From Amoebidium appalachense (taxonomy: Eukaryota > Protista > Ichthyosporea): 64,000 nucleotides of DNA. The notes beneath the pieces were generated by a model that did not search any database, was not told the origin of the DNA, and saw only the letters and a program-made list of their open reading frames with translations. Positions 35,697 to 49,410 of this stretch are shown here, in pieces. The stretch covers positions 2,434,907-2,498,906 of the forward strand of contig CAVNZM010000001.1 in NCBI GenBank assembly GCA_963693365.1, written 5' to 3'. Positions within the stretch are counted from its first letter, which is position 1. Each line of letters starts with the position of its first letter. The position numbers and the translations under genes were made by a program.

Positions 35697-35861
35697 GGGG
35701 GGGTAGGGGTGGGGGGTGTGAGGGGGTGGGTGGATGGTGGATGGGTGTGTGGGTGGATGGATGTGTGTGTGGGGGGTGGAGGGGGGGGGGGGGGGGGGGG
35801 GGGGAATGGTTGGGTGGAGGGGTGGGGTGGGCGGGGGAGGGTGAGCGTGTATGTGGGAGGT

Positions 35862-35955
<94 letters not shown>

Positions 35956-36374
35956 ACGCCAACATACACGTGTGCTCGGTTGCCTGCATCAGTGGGACGA
36001 GGGGCGCGTTCTTATTTACTTCAACTTATTCATCTGTTTAGCTATTTGTTTTGGCTGGTTCGAGGGGGAAGGGGGGGGGGAGGGGGTGAAGAGGGGGGGG
36101 GGGGGGGGGGGGGGAATGTATGAAATCTATGGAAGAGAGTAATCATTGAGCCCTGCTGGCAAGGAGGCACAAACACGTATGTGCACACGTGGTCGGGCAT
36201 GTGTGTTCGTACATGTGTCTTTGTGTACATGCATTTACACGGCTTGTGTATGTACTTTTTGAGGTAAATATTCACGTATTCATTTCATGAGTCTCTGTAA
36301 TATATTATTATTTGTTTAGAAGTTATCACCTGTTTGTTTTTTCTTTTTTTTTTTTCCCTTTTTTTTTTTTTTTT

Positions 36375-36427
<53 letters not shown>

Positions 36428-37738
36428 GGATATGTGCACGATGTAGCTTGTAGGAGGAGGATGTGGCTGGAAAGGGCACTAAATATTAGCAATTTATAGC
36501 TTTTACTAAGTTGAACCAGAATTGCTCACATGCATCTTTTCTTTCCTCCGAGCAGCAGTGCATTCCTTACAGACCGGCTCAACACCCTGCCTGCCTCTAT
36601 TGTGCCCGTACTGGAAGACCTTATGCCCGTCAGCAGGACCCCAAACATGGACACATGGGTTAAAAACTCCGAGGAGGTATGATTGGGTTGGATCCCACAC
36701 ACACATTCTATGGACAAACCAGTTTCCCCATTTTCCCTTCGTTATAATAACATGGGTCAGGAATCTGGAGTTGGGATTGTATACCCCCACATAACCCTTT
36801 GGGCACTTTTTTTCCTTGTACGGGGTATGTTAAAAGCGATGTAGGGGTGAGAAACTTAGAGAAAGTGTAAGTGCTTACCACACACTGTGCGACAATAGCC
36901 CTCGTTATCCTTGTGTCGGGTGTGTTTGAGGAAACTATGTAGGGAATGCTGAAGACTGGCTCAGAAATTCGGAAGAGGCTTGGTATGTGCAAGCATACTT
37001 CGAAACATGATGCGTCCCTGTTGTCTGTTCCTCATGGGTGTCACATAGTCGTGTTGCATAAGGGGATCATACAATTGAATGTCGTGTGTCTGTGTTTCTG
37101 GCAAACACATCCAGTTTGTTGTAGGATGGATTTTGCATATGCACACCTTCATGGTAGTGCACGCCCAGAGTTGTTGTCTACAAAGAAAACTCTTGTGTGT
37201 CACGTTCAGAGACCCAACCATATAGGCTATCATGCCTGTTACACACACGGCTGTCCAAGTATTCCAGGTCTCTGTGTGCTTTCTTTTGATTTCTTTTGCA
37301 CGCCACCAACATCTACCCACGAACGTGGGTTTGTGAGCAATTGGTGAACACCAACAACTTCTTATCTGTGTGTACCAACATCATGCACGACATACCTAAT
37401 TAATGTAAGGGCATACAGACGCAACGTGTAGGCATATCTCTGCCATGTATGGGCATACCTAATCACGTGTATACATACCTAACCATATATGGTTATACCC
37501 AGGTATTTGAAGCCATGCTGCGAGGTGTGGATACACGCCGCAACACCAAGGTAACATCAGTAGCCCGCCTGCTAAACGGTCAATTGCGATTGGTTGATGA
37601 CACGGGTGGAGTAGAGGACTATGACCGTGTTGTCTTTGCCTGCAGGTTACACCCCCCCCCCCCCCCCCCCCCCCCCCCCACCCACCCACCCCCCTTCCCC
37701 CCCCAAACACCCACACACACACACATGCACCCACACAT

Positions 37739-37774
<36 letters not shown>

Positions 37775-37962
37775 CCACACCACTCCCTACTTCCATCCCT
37801 CCCTCCCCCCCATCTCCCCCGGCCCCCACCCCCGTTCTCTTCTTCCTTACTTGCCAGAGTCTGAATGTACACTTGGATTGCATATATAACTATATCTAAC
37901 AATAGAAGAAATCGTGCCCTGTACACACGCAAATCTCACAGACGCCGAACGGAGCACTTCGC

Positions 37963-38010
<48 letters not shown>

Positions 38011-38219
38011 ACCAACACCACCACCACCACCTCTTCTCCCTCCTCCCGTCCCTCCCCTTATGGCTACCACGACCACGGCCACACCCTGTTTCAACACCTG
38101 GAACCTTTCTCCCCCCCCCCCCCCCCCCCCCCCAAACACACAAACGCCAGCGCGTGAGCAGACACACACGCACGCGCACACACACACACACGCACACACA
38201 CACGCACGCATGCACGCAC

Positions 38220-38257
<38 letters not shown>

Positions 38258-38726
38258 ACACCACCACCACCACCACCACTCTTTTGCACACCCTTTTACC
38301 TCCTACATTACCGCTGTCTTGGTCTTTCCTCCATGACTCCTAATCATCTCCTCCCCGACTAACCACCCCCCCCCCCCCTCCCATTCAGCGCTCCCGATTT
38401 GTTGGATATCGTCAAGGACCCGTCTTGGCTGCAAACGGCATTGTGTAGTAGGATCCCCCCCTCCCCCCCTCCCCCGAGGACGCCTCTTTGCCCCTGGATT
38501 CCTCAGCTTCGAATTGCCTTTTTTTGGCATATGGGCACGTGCACACACATATTCACTCACTCACTCACGCACTCACTCGCTCGCTCACTCACACACTCAC
38601 TCACTCACTCACTCACTTACTCGCTCACTCACACATCACTCACACACACACAGCTCACTCACACATCACTCACACACACACACAGAGACACAGCTCACTC
38701 ACACATCACTCACACACACACACAGA

Positions 38727-38817
<91 letters not shown>

Positions 38818-39134
38818 CTAACACCCATGCCCCCCCCAGGCAGTGTAGACTATGATGCTGATGACCGAGGCTGCTTTCTTGAGGGCAAAGTCCACAGCGA
38901 CACCACCGCCCTCCCTCCACAGTGGAGGGACACCCTCCTGTCCAAGTATGCAAATTATATTGAGGTCTGTGAGCCCCCCCCCCCCCCCCCCCCTCTTCCT
39001 CAGGGGAAACGATTAAAACTCGGATATTGTGGATACTCCCCCCCCCCCCTCCCCCCCCCCTCTCCCCCCCCCTGCTGCCTACCTGCCTGCCCGCCACGCT
39101 TCTTCTGATGCACAGGCACTGGCATATGGGCCTG

Positions 39135-39165
<31 letters not shown>

Positions 39166-39717
39166 CAGCACACGCTTGCTTGTATGCATCCACTGACACA
39201 TGATTCCCTCCCTCCCCATCGGCACACCCAACGCCATGTTCTCTGACATTCACTCATGCTCTTGTGTTGAAGGGGATTGGTGTCTATGCACGAATAAAGC
39301 CGGCAAGGGCTCCGTTGGGGAGGGGGGGGGGGGGGGGGGGGGGAGGGGGGGGGGGAGGCAAATGTGGTCTCCGAATAATTGTGATCACTTGACGTGGACT
39401 AGTTGCACCTGGATGCATGCATTGGTCGACAGATTGGGCCATTTCGGTGTTTCCAATACACGTTGCTGTGTTTCTTTTGGAAATCTAATGCATGCACAAG
39501 CGAAAACCCTGTCTCACCCGATGCAAGTATTAAACCCTGCCTGGGTGTGTTTCAGGTGCGCCGGGACCCATCCGGGCAGCTGCAGTATGAAAACACCTTT
39601 GTTTACTCCTCGTGGGTGCCCGAAGTCAAGGCCAGCGGGGTGACTGTCCCCATGATGACGACATACAACACCACACGTACACTGTCAAAGGTATGCATAT
39701 GCTTTCATCCCTTGCTT

Positions 39718-39750
<33 letters not shown>

Positions 39751-39813
39751 CACACACAAAAAAAAAAAAAAAAAAAAAAAAGAGAAGAGAAAAAAAGAAA
39801 AGAGAGAAAAGAA

Positions 39814-39848
<35 letters not shown>

Positions 39849-42800
39849 TCGCCACCATATTCACCATCCCAGCTTTCCCCACCTACCACATATTTTTCAG
39901 TCAACTGACCAATAGGAGATTTTGTAGATTTGAGTTGTGTATCAGAGTGCCGGTGTGGGTGGCTGGTTGGGTGGGTGGGAGGTTGATTATGTATTTGATG
40001 GAGGCGGGCGAATGCCATGCCGGAGATTCAGTATTCAGCCAGAGAGGCGACTAAATCAATCCCCATATACATAATACAGCAAAAATCTGCTGTGTAACGA
40101 GATATCCATAGCTCCATCTGTCTATGTGGCCGCCTATCCATCCATCCATCCATCTATCTTCTTCGATGTTTTTTTTTCTTCTTTTGACTGGATTTATTCG
40201 ACGGAAAGTTATGCAAGTATGCACGGCATACTGAGAAGACAATAAAAACTTCACGAGTTATCCAGTAACAAGTGCATACTGAGATACCTGAACACTGTGT
40301 GAAAATCATATAAATACTGAATGTGACGACCAACAGAATTCAACAAAAAGTCTAAAGTGTTCACATTGCCAGCTAGTGTAGCAGATACCCGGAGGGAAAG
40401 AGGTAAAACGCGACATAAAAATTCACACCTATCAACATGCTTGCGATTAAAAAGGTCAGCACAAAAGTGGCACCAGCGGCGATGAAAACAAGAATTACAG
40501 CGCCACTGCACAACTTCCCAGGCAATATCAACATCAGAGCACCATACAGACTTATCTACTAGGGTGGTATCCATACGTACAGCAGGAGAAATGTATCCTG
40601 CCAAAGCTCCCAAAAAGCGATAATGATCAGTACGGTGTTGCCTAAGGAACATAACACATGCCGACTGAGTTTTACCTTTGATTTCTCTATCAGAACGAGA
40701 AAGAAACTTATACTGCGTATGGTAATAACGCGAAAAGGCAGAAAAAACAGGAAGAGAAAAGAAAGAGGGAGTGAGATAGCGAGAGGAAGAATCAGGTGGA
40801 AAGAGGGCAGGCTGAGGACATTCAGAAGTAGCGTTGGTGAATCGGGGGGGAAGAGGGATGGAGGGAGGGGGGGGAAAGAAAGCATAAAGGGGGTGACCAT
40901 CAGGTAGCCTAACTAAATGAAAACAAAAACGAAGAGACAATTCCTCCATACGACAAACAGCAGACGACAATCCAAACATACTGATTAAGGGAGGCACAAA
41001 CCGAGTACGAAACAAAGTGCGTAGCGCAGTACCCTGAAAATCGTCGAACTCGTTCAGCGCCATTGCCGCCTTGCGAGGTGGGGCGCAGGCCAATAGCGGA
41101 AGTCCATATTCGAAAGTCGGCCGTAAAAAAGTTTTATAGTAGAGAAGAAGGTTCGCAGGATGGATCACAGACTCCTGTTGAAACATATTTGACACGATGT
41201 GAAGCTTACCCTTCGCACGAGCGATCCGTGCCGTGAGGAGCTTGCGGAAATCAATACCCCGTGCAGTAAAAGGAATTCGATGTTTCTGAATCCTATCCAT
41301 CGGTCCATATATCCTCCCCTTTTTCAGTCCCGATGCCATATGGTCTGTGATATCTAGTTATAGCTCTAGTAAGTCTTGTGGACCTGATGGACTCCCTGCT
41401 GGGTTTCTTAAAATCCTTGTTCCCTCCTACCCACAAAAGGAAAGTGATCGTGCTATTAAACCTGATCTTACTATCATGTTAAGCTCTCTCTTTTCTTGGT
41501 GTGTTAAATGTGGACATGTCCCGTCATCTTGGTTAGATACCTTAGTGATCCCCATAGTTAAGAAGGACTCTGAGGGCCCCATATCATCCTTTCGCCCCAT
41601 TACACTAACCCAGGTTGTTCGTAGATTCTTTGAAGCTTGCTTACTTAGGTTATTTGCACATCACCCTAGGTTTCAATCTATTCTTCACATACACCCATGC
41701 CAATCCGCTTTTCGTAAAAACAATTCATGTTATGTTCAAATAATGGCACTGCACGATTCTATGCAAGTTGGTGCACGATATGTTGGCTTTATTGATTGGA
41801 AAACTGCTTACGATTCTGTCTCCCCTGGTCTCCTATGGGAAAAGCTTGCTGCACGGGGTGTACCACCCTGCATTGGTGTTCTGTTAGAAGCACTCTTGTC
41901 TCAAACCTATGGTAGAGCTGTGGTTAATGGGCATCTTTCATATGGTTTTGCTCGTACTAGAGGTCTCTTGCAGGGTTCATTGCTTAGCCCCTTTTTGTTT
42001 AACCTATTTATAGATGATTTGGCTGTCAAGATTTACGCCGAAAACGATGACCCTATTAATAACTTTCCGCCTGCACTTCTCTATGCTGATGATCTGTCCC
42101 TCCTTGCCCGTACCCCTAGACGCCTGCAAAGATTGTTCGATGTAGTGTCAGAGTGGTGCAAGGCAAACCTTATGATCCTTAACATAGACAAATGTGGTGT
42201 TCTTGTACCTGATATAGCTAACAATTTACACACATTTACATTATCATCTAAACCTGTACCTATAGTTCCAGAATACAAATATCTTGGTGTTCCGGTTGAT
42301 TCTGTTGGTGTTATGTTTCCCCATATGGTCGAAAAGAGGGTAGAGTTGGCTCGTAAGCGGTTAGCTTTCTTCTCGGCTAATATTTTTAAAGACACACCCC
42401 TCCATCCTTCTATTAGACTTACATTTATTCGCACTTTTGTCTTCCCGGCATGTGAATATGGTTTACCCCTTCTCGCCGCTTGGATCAAGAAAGAGAGAAC
42501 TAGAGCGCTTAAACCCTTGGCAAATTTCCTTGAAGCAGAAGTTGCCTCCTTTCTATCTAACAACTGTTGTAAACCTGGGCCTGTAACGCTCTCGATATAT
42601 GGTCTGGTCCCAATAGCTGCTAGAGTATCCTATCTCGCGCTGAAATTCAATAAGCACATAAGCCGCTTAAAGAAGTATTTGCCCTCCCACCCTCTCTTCT
42701 CTATCCGACCTGTCCCCTCCTCACCTCTCCCCTCTTTCCTCCCCTCTCTCTCCCCTTCTCCCCTGGGCACAAATACAAATAAACCCCGCAATAGTGTGTG

Positions 42801-43368
42801 TGTGACTTTGGACTGCCACTTACTTATTAAACATGTACACAATCACAAGATAATCACGCAATATAACAAATGGAAAAAGATACCACACGACACTAGACCC
42901 GATGAAAGCATACACCTTGAAAAACTAAGCCTTATGTCTCGTTTTATATATACTGACCGCCTCAACCATATTGCCAAATATGGCACTCGCAAATGTATAA
43001 CACCTAAATACATATTACCTTCCTGTAGAACTGGTCTTTCTCTAGCTGATGGTATTATTGATCAATTACCACGCTTTTACTGTACACGTGCTATACAGTG
43101 GAGATCTAATAAGTATAAGGTGGCATCATTTGCATGCCCAAACAACACACACACACACCAGTTTAACCGGTCATGTATCGCCAAATGTAGTTTGATAGAC
43201 CACATAATACCGCAACACACACACGTCACATTCACAACAGACACCCAGAAAGATAGCCTACCTGTAAATTACAACATCCTTGATTTTATACTAAACACGC
43301 GTAACTACGACCTGTTTATTAGATGTATTGATTGGCTTGAGAAACACATCACTACAAAATTATAGCGC

Positions 43369-43424
<56 letters not shown>

Positions 43425-43953
43425 CAGCTGATACCGAGTGTCCCAGGGAAGCCCCTTAAAAAAAATAAAAAAAAAATAAAAAAAATTAAAAAAAAAACGG
43501 GGAACCCCAACTAATTGATTTCTCCTTGTAGTCTTTATGGTGTCTCGTAGAGAAAGTAAACCCTGATATATAGTTATCACCCGACATCTATGTACGTGTT
43601 CATGATATACCGCTGAGGGGATATTCCGAGCAAAACCCCCCCCCATACCTGAGACTGGTTTCTCTTTGCCTCGAGTAAACAGCGTAAACCCCCCATATAT
43701 CTCTTATCTATCTATTTATCTATCTATCCATCTCATCTATTGCAATTTCCATCGCCTAACACTGGGAGGCAGGTTCGGGGCAAGGTGGACAACCGACGCT
43801 GCCACCCCCACCTCAGCGTCAAGAATCTTCTGCTCTCTGTTGGTGTTTTCAGATTTCTGCAGGTAACATTCTTCCCCGCTTGTCTTGGTGTCTTCGTTCA
43901 GATATTTCGGCTACGACTTGGATTTTTGTACTTCGGCCCGTGTAGAAGCCCAA

Positions 43954-44017
<64 letters not shown>

Positions 44018-44445
44018 ACACACACATGCATGTTGGCCTTGGTGCCGACAACTCATCACAGCTCACCTACAAGTCGTTAATAAACAGCACATCCCCCCCC
44101 CCACCCCCCCCCCCCCCTCCCCCCCCACCAGCTCCTACACCTCCCCCCCCCCCCCCCCTCCCCTCCCTCCCTCTCTCTCTCCCTCTCTCTCTCTCTCTCT
44201 TCCTCCCTCTCTCTCTCTCTCTGTCTCCCTCTCTCTCTCTCTTTCGTTCTCTCTCGTTCTCTCCCTCCTCTCTCTCTCTCTCTCCCTCTCCCCCTCTCTC
44301 CCCCCTCCCCCTCCCCCCTCCTCTCTCCCCCCGCTCCTTTTCCCAAACAATTCCTTCGCCGTTCTTCTTTCTCAGCCGGCTAAGTTTTTTGGGTTGCCTG
44401 GTAAGTTTTGAAATGGAGCTCTCGTCTCTGATCTGTCCACCACAG

Positions 44446-44482
<37 letters not shown>

Positions 44483-45689
44483 TTTCCCCCCCCTCCCTCC
44501 CTCCCCTCCCTTCGCCCTCTCTCCTCTCCTCCCCCCCCCCCCCTTCCCCCCCCTCCTCCCCCCCCCCCCCCCTTCCCCTCCTACCTTCTTTCCCCCCTCC
44601 CCCCCCCCCCCCTGGCCAAACCCTGTACACAATCTTCTCATCAGCAGGTCTCTAACCCACTCTGCAGAACGTTTTACGCATTTCTGCTTGCATTCTGCAT
44701 CGTGTTATCCGTTTGTTCTTGTGTACTTCGTACTTTTTGACGCATTCAAACCCCCCTCCCCCAACCCCCCCCCCCCCACACACACACACAACACACACAC
44801 ACACACCGCCTTCCTTCCTTCTCCCATCACCGCACAACTGCCTATATAACTATAATATAAACAGGGCTCCCCTGATGTTGCTCTTCTGTAAATGGGTTTG
44901 AAAGGTGTAATTTGTGCCTCTGTAGTGCCTTTATCGCCCTCCTTATATCCCCCTCCCTTCCGTTCTTCCGTTCTGCCTTCCCTCCTTCGTCCTTTGCTCC
45001 TGATGTGGGCCGGAATGGGAGCGGAATAGAGCTCAGAATGATTGACAACTTTTTTCTCCAAACTTCATGTTCATTCTGGCCTCCTAATAAACATCGAGTC
45101 CTCCGTGGCGCAATTGGCAGCGCGTTCGGCTGTTAACCGAAAGGTCCCTGGTTCGACCCCAGGCGGGGGAGGTTCCTTTTTTTTTTTTTTTTTTTTCCCG
45201 CGCATTCTTGTGCGCGGTCTCTTGCTGCTGCTGCAGTCGTTTTTCTCGGTGCTTTCCTGTCTGGAAGATGTAAGCCATTCAAGGCAGAATGCTACATTTG
45301 TAGCAGGGCAGCGTAAAAGCAAGTGCACTCCAAGCGTACGCAGTGATGCTCAACACACAAGATCCTTTCATTCGGGCTCCATCAGCTTGCATCGGGCAGC
45401 GTTTGCCTGCCGTCCTGCTCTAACGCATCTGCCTGTATTTGCGCTTTGGCCTTACATGGGTGGTATTTGAAAAAGCTCTCAATCTTTCTAACGGATGTGA
45501 ATGCCTCTTACACAGGGCCGCGGTGGTATGTACTACATCGGAAACATAGCCACCCCCGGCAATGGCCACGATCTTTCCCTGCTGTCTGCCCTTGTTGTGT
45601 GCCACCACCTTGGTGCCCCCTACCCCTTTGCCAAAGACCCCCTGGCTAGAGCTGACTTCGAACGCCTCCGCTCCTTGATGGGCTTGTGA
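31949..45689 (+). CDS. FAD/NAD(P)-binding oxidoreductase (flavin amine-oxidase-like), 12 exons
   Basis: Exons 31949-32013, 32373-32484, 33325-33420, 34038-34253, 35065-35201, 36556-36676, 37503-37645, 38389-~38447, 38840-38964, 39556-39690, 43773-43862, 45516-45689. Rossmann motif AVVGGGIAGCGAAWHL...VVLYEGREKVGGNART, YDRVVFAC, C-terminal YYIGNIATPGNGHDLSLLSAL. Confidence 0.88.
40159..41278 (-). mobile_element. 5'-truncated non-LTR retrotransposon (C-terminal part of RT ORF plus 3' UTR)
   Basis: Open frame to stop at 40251; IPFTARGIDF...YYKTFLRPTFEYGLPLL...QWR...C..C...FNRKH...NTLDFLLN aligns with the C-terminal half of the adjacent RT; 3' UTR hairpin AGTATGC-3nt-GCATACT (40216-40232) and A/GAA-rich tail. 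Confidence 0.85.
41290..43694 (+). mobile_element. 5'-truncated non-LTR (LINE) retrotransposon with uninterrupted RT ORF (to stop at 43365) and ~330-bp 3' UTR
   Basis: Motifs KSCGPDG, FRPITLT, QSAF, FIDWKTAYDSV, RGLLQGSLLSPFLFNLFIDDL, LYADD, YKYLG; no endonuclease domain remains; element ends ...GCGTAAA-CCCCCC. Confidence 0.95.
44686..44750 (+). mobile_element. 65-bp 5'-truncated copy of the poly(C)-ended element
   Basis: Reverse complement of 7623-7687; followed directly by a C-rich tract. Confidence 0.85.
45099..45171 (+). tRNA. tRNA-Asn (GTT), intronic
   Basis: Cloverleaf: acceptor TCCTCCG/CGGGGGA, D-arm GCGC/GCGC, anticodon arm TTCGG-CTGTTAA-CCGAA, T-loop GGTTCGACCC; long poly-T terminator just downstream. 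Confidence 0.96.
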
Positions 45690-45817
45690 ATCCCCCCCCC
45701 CCTCCCCCCCCCCCCCCCCCCCCCCCCCAGTAGGACATCAGGATGTACATTGCATGTAGGCCTCCCCCCTTCCCCCCTTCCCCCTCCCCCCCCCCCCAAT
45801 CATACAGTCACATGCTT

Positions 45818-45873
<56 letters not shown>

Positions 45874-46521
45874 CGCAGCCTCGGGATCAAGGGGCCTGCT
45901 GTGGTCATCAATAATATGTATCGATTATTTCGCCTGTAAATAGTGGTCTAGATCTAAAATGTAAAAGTGTTGCAGATTCTAGGATCTATCATGTGCTATA
46001 CTATACGGTGCGAGTTCTTCAAACGCAATGGGTCTCACGCGTAATTGCACCGTGCTCGCGTTAATAAAACATAGAAATCAGTCATTGACCGGCTTGGAGT
46101 AAGCAAGCAGCTGCAGACAGCATCTGTCTGCTCTGGTATTGCAGCTGTGCTGCAAGACTAAGAAACACATTTTCCTTTTTGGTCCCTTTCAGGTACGGGC
46201 ATGTACTGGAAGCATGAATATCATTCACAGTTCGGAACTTTACTGAGATGAAAGTCGTATGTTTCCGAATCCCCCTCCCCTAGGCCTTTTTCTAGGCATC
46301 ACAGTATCCGGAATAATGCATGCACAGTCAACCAAAATCACCCTAACATATGTACATATGCATAGTAGAAAGCATTCATTCATGTCACTGCCATCACAAC
46401 ATCGTGTTTCTGAAAAAATAACTGCCCGACGTGTCCTTGATCAATATAGACACCACATACCAAGAGTATTCTACTGATGTTGCCAGTAATCGACTCTCCA
46501 ATACATTTCAAAGCCATCAGC

Positions 46522-46587
46522 GATAGAGAGGTCGAAACCCCCTAGGGGGGATAGGGTGGCACTTATGGGGGTTTCGACCTCTCTATC
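46522..46587. repeat. Perfect 21-bp inverted repeat with 24-bp spacer (hairpin or miniature TIR element)
   Basis: GATAGAGAGGTCGAAACCCCC (46522-46542) and GGGGGTTTCGACCTCTCTATC (46567-46587). Confidence 0.9.
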
Positions 46588-46710
46588 CGTGGCGGGAAAA
46601 GAGATCAAGAAAACATTCACTCAGTCAAAAGGCCCGCATCGCTAACCAGAGATTCCATAACCCCATATAATTGCCGTTGTTCCCTTCCAGCATTTGGCTC
46701 TTCCACCTAT

Positions 46711-47293
46711 TTACAGACCCTGGGAGCGCAGTAGGATCAACCGGGGCACACTCCCTGTAAGGGAAAAGTATGCAAGTTAGCCAGCAGCCAGCATCCTCTC
46801 TCCAGCACTCTCTACAAGTGTAACCAAGAACACAGCACTATTAGGGCTATCTAACCACCCCCCCCCCCCCCCCCCCCCCTTCTCCCCTCCCCTCCCCCCC
46901 AACCACCACCGCCACCACACCAAAAAAAAAAAACAAAAAAAAAACTCACAATATATGATGTTCTTACCTGCTCGATCATACCCCCTTCCCCCCCCCCCTC
47001 CCCCCCTCCCCCTCCCTCCCCCCACCACCACACACACACACCACACACACACACACAAACACACGATGTCACATACACACTCCCCGCTCCCCCCTCCCCC
47101 TCCACTCCCCCCGGGCACCCCAACCCACCCACCCCACCCAGTCCTCGCAGTGGCGAGGGGAGGGAGGGGAGGGGCATAAAAACTGTGACACACTACGAAT
47201 AAAAGGTGAACAAAGAACAACATGGCACGCAAGAATAAACTTGAGAGAATGTACATAATAGCTGGCAGTGCCCTGCTCAATCAGGCGATACCC

Positions 47294-47326
<33 letters not shown>

Positions 47327-49246
47327 ATGCAGTACACAGTACGAAGTTCGAATACACGACAAACAACGTAAGGCACACCCACAAAGCATTCAACAAAAAT
47401 GAAGCCCACCTCAGGCGCGGAGAGGGGGAGAGAGGGGGGGGGGGGGGGGGGGGGGTTGGATGCGGCATAAATACGAACTATACGTTCATAACGGACAACA
47501 CAAGGTAGAGTGCCAAACACAGATAAAGAGGATGCATAATAAGCAGAGCCCTTCCTCAGGGAGGGCTCACGTTATCCACCGTACCCGAGTTTCGGCCCAT
47601 TCACTTCCGGGAGGAAAAGGGGGGGGGGGGGGGGCGGGGGGCACAATATGGTATCCGAGTACGTTGTGGGACACTCAAATCTAGGAGGAATTCAGCCCTG
47701 ATGTTGCTTCATGTGAAAGTGAACGTCTTATGTACCCGTGTTGTCTTCATCAGAGACAAGCAGTGACATTAATATGTGCAAGTGCGGGAGGGGCGGTAAG
47801 GAGGGGAAGTGGGGGGAAGGGGGGAGGGGGGGAGCTCTAACCTCGTGCAAAGCGAATCTCGTCCTGCATTGCCGATCGGATCTTGTTCTTGTCTGCATCC
47901 TCCTTGTGATGGTCAAGCAGCTCTCGGTGCCCGTCTGCCATGAACACTGACATGAGGCCCCATTGCCTTAAATAACCCCCCCTTCCCTAATGCTTACCCC
48001 CCGCCCTCCCCCCCCCCCTTCCCCCCCCCCCCCCCCAAACCATACACACCCTTAAAAAAAGGAACATGGCAAAGAAAAAGACAAAAACAAACTGTGCACA
48101 CTCTTAGTAAAACACACAACACAACACTCAATAAACCTCTTTTCACTCAGGCACAGTGTGTTGAGTGTGGTGTGTCGGTGGGTGAGTGGGTGGGTGGGTA
48201 GGGGGGTGGGGGGATGGGGGGGTGGGCGGTGGGGGTGGGGGGGAGGGGTGGCGGTGGCGGGGGGGGAGGGGGGGGATCAACACAGACGCTCAGTAAACCT
48301 CTTTTCACTCAGGCTCGCATATATACGAAAACCTGTCGCTTAGAGCCAGGTCTACTCACTTCAGCAACTAAGGTTATGAATAGTGGGAAAATGGAACAAC
48401 CATATCTTCTGCCCCTCCACCCCCGTTCCCCATTTTCAAATCCCACCACCCCAACCGTTCCGAACCGACACACACACCACACGCAAACAACAATACTACA
48501 ACACTGTTCCTGCACAGTACCATGCCCAGTACCAAATACGGTCACCAAACCACTCCACCCTCGTGCCTCATCCTCATGCGCCCCAGCCACTGCATCAAAG
48601 GAGAAAAAAGAGTGGTAAAGCAGGGGCAGGAGGCACGGTACAACAGAAAAATGCAAGGCTAGGAGATAATTTGGGGGGGGGGGGGGGGGGGGGGGGAGGG
48701 GGGGGGGGGGAGGGGGGGGGGGGGGGGGGGGTGCTAGAAGGATCAACAGGGGCACGGGGAGAACAATGGAAAGAGGCAATGAGACCTACCCAGAAAAACT
48801 CCAAGCAGTGCTATCGTCTCGTTTATGAGCTCGGGATCACGCAAAGACTGTGCCTGTGAGACCTTCGGCCTGCGGGGATAGATTGTCAGACGTGTAAACG
48901 AAGTTTTAAAGCCAAAGCGAAAAATGAAAAGACAGTGTAAGGCATAAAAGGAAGAAAGCCTTGGGATATTGGGGAATGGAGAAGATAAAGCAATAATTCT
49001 GGGTGTGATCACGGCATCAAGAAGCCTTAAGTGCACAAAAGACCCACATGCACAAGTAAATAACTCCCACATGAAAAAAACTCTGAGGCTCGGTCATATT
49101 TGGCGGGGCGGTGAAGGCCGGGGAAGGGGGCAGCCGGGAGGGGGAGGGGGGCGGGCGCGGGGGGGGGGGGGGGGGGGGGGGATGGGGAGGGGGAGAGGGA
49201 GAGGGAGGGGGTTGGGGGGAGGGGGGGGGGGGGGGGGGGAGGGGGG

Positions 49247-49310
<64 letters not shown>

Positions 49311-49332
49311 GAGACGAAAGAGGGAGACAGAA

Positions 49333-49410
<78 letters not shown>

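Noticed and set aside
41279-41349. ATG 41339 (-) and GTG 41347 (+) as true starts of a divergent two-gene system
   Set aside because: RT homology extends upstream of 41347 (PFFSPDAIWSVI) and the minus ORF's homology starts only near 41278, so both are truncated fragments with no room for a promoter.
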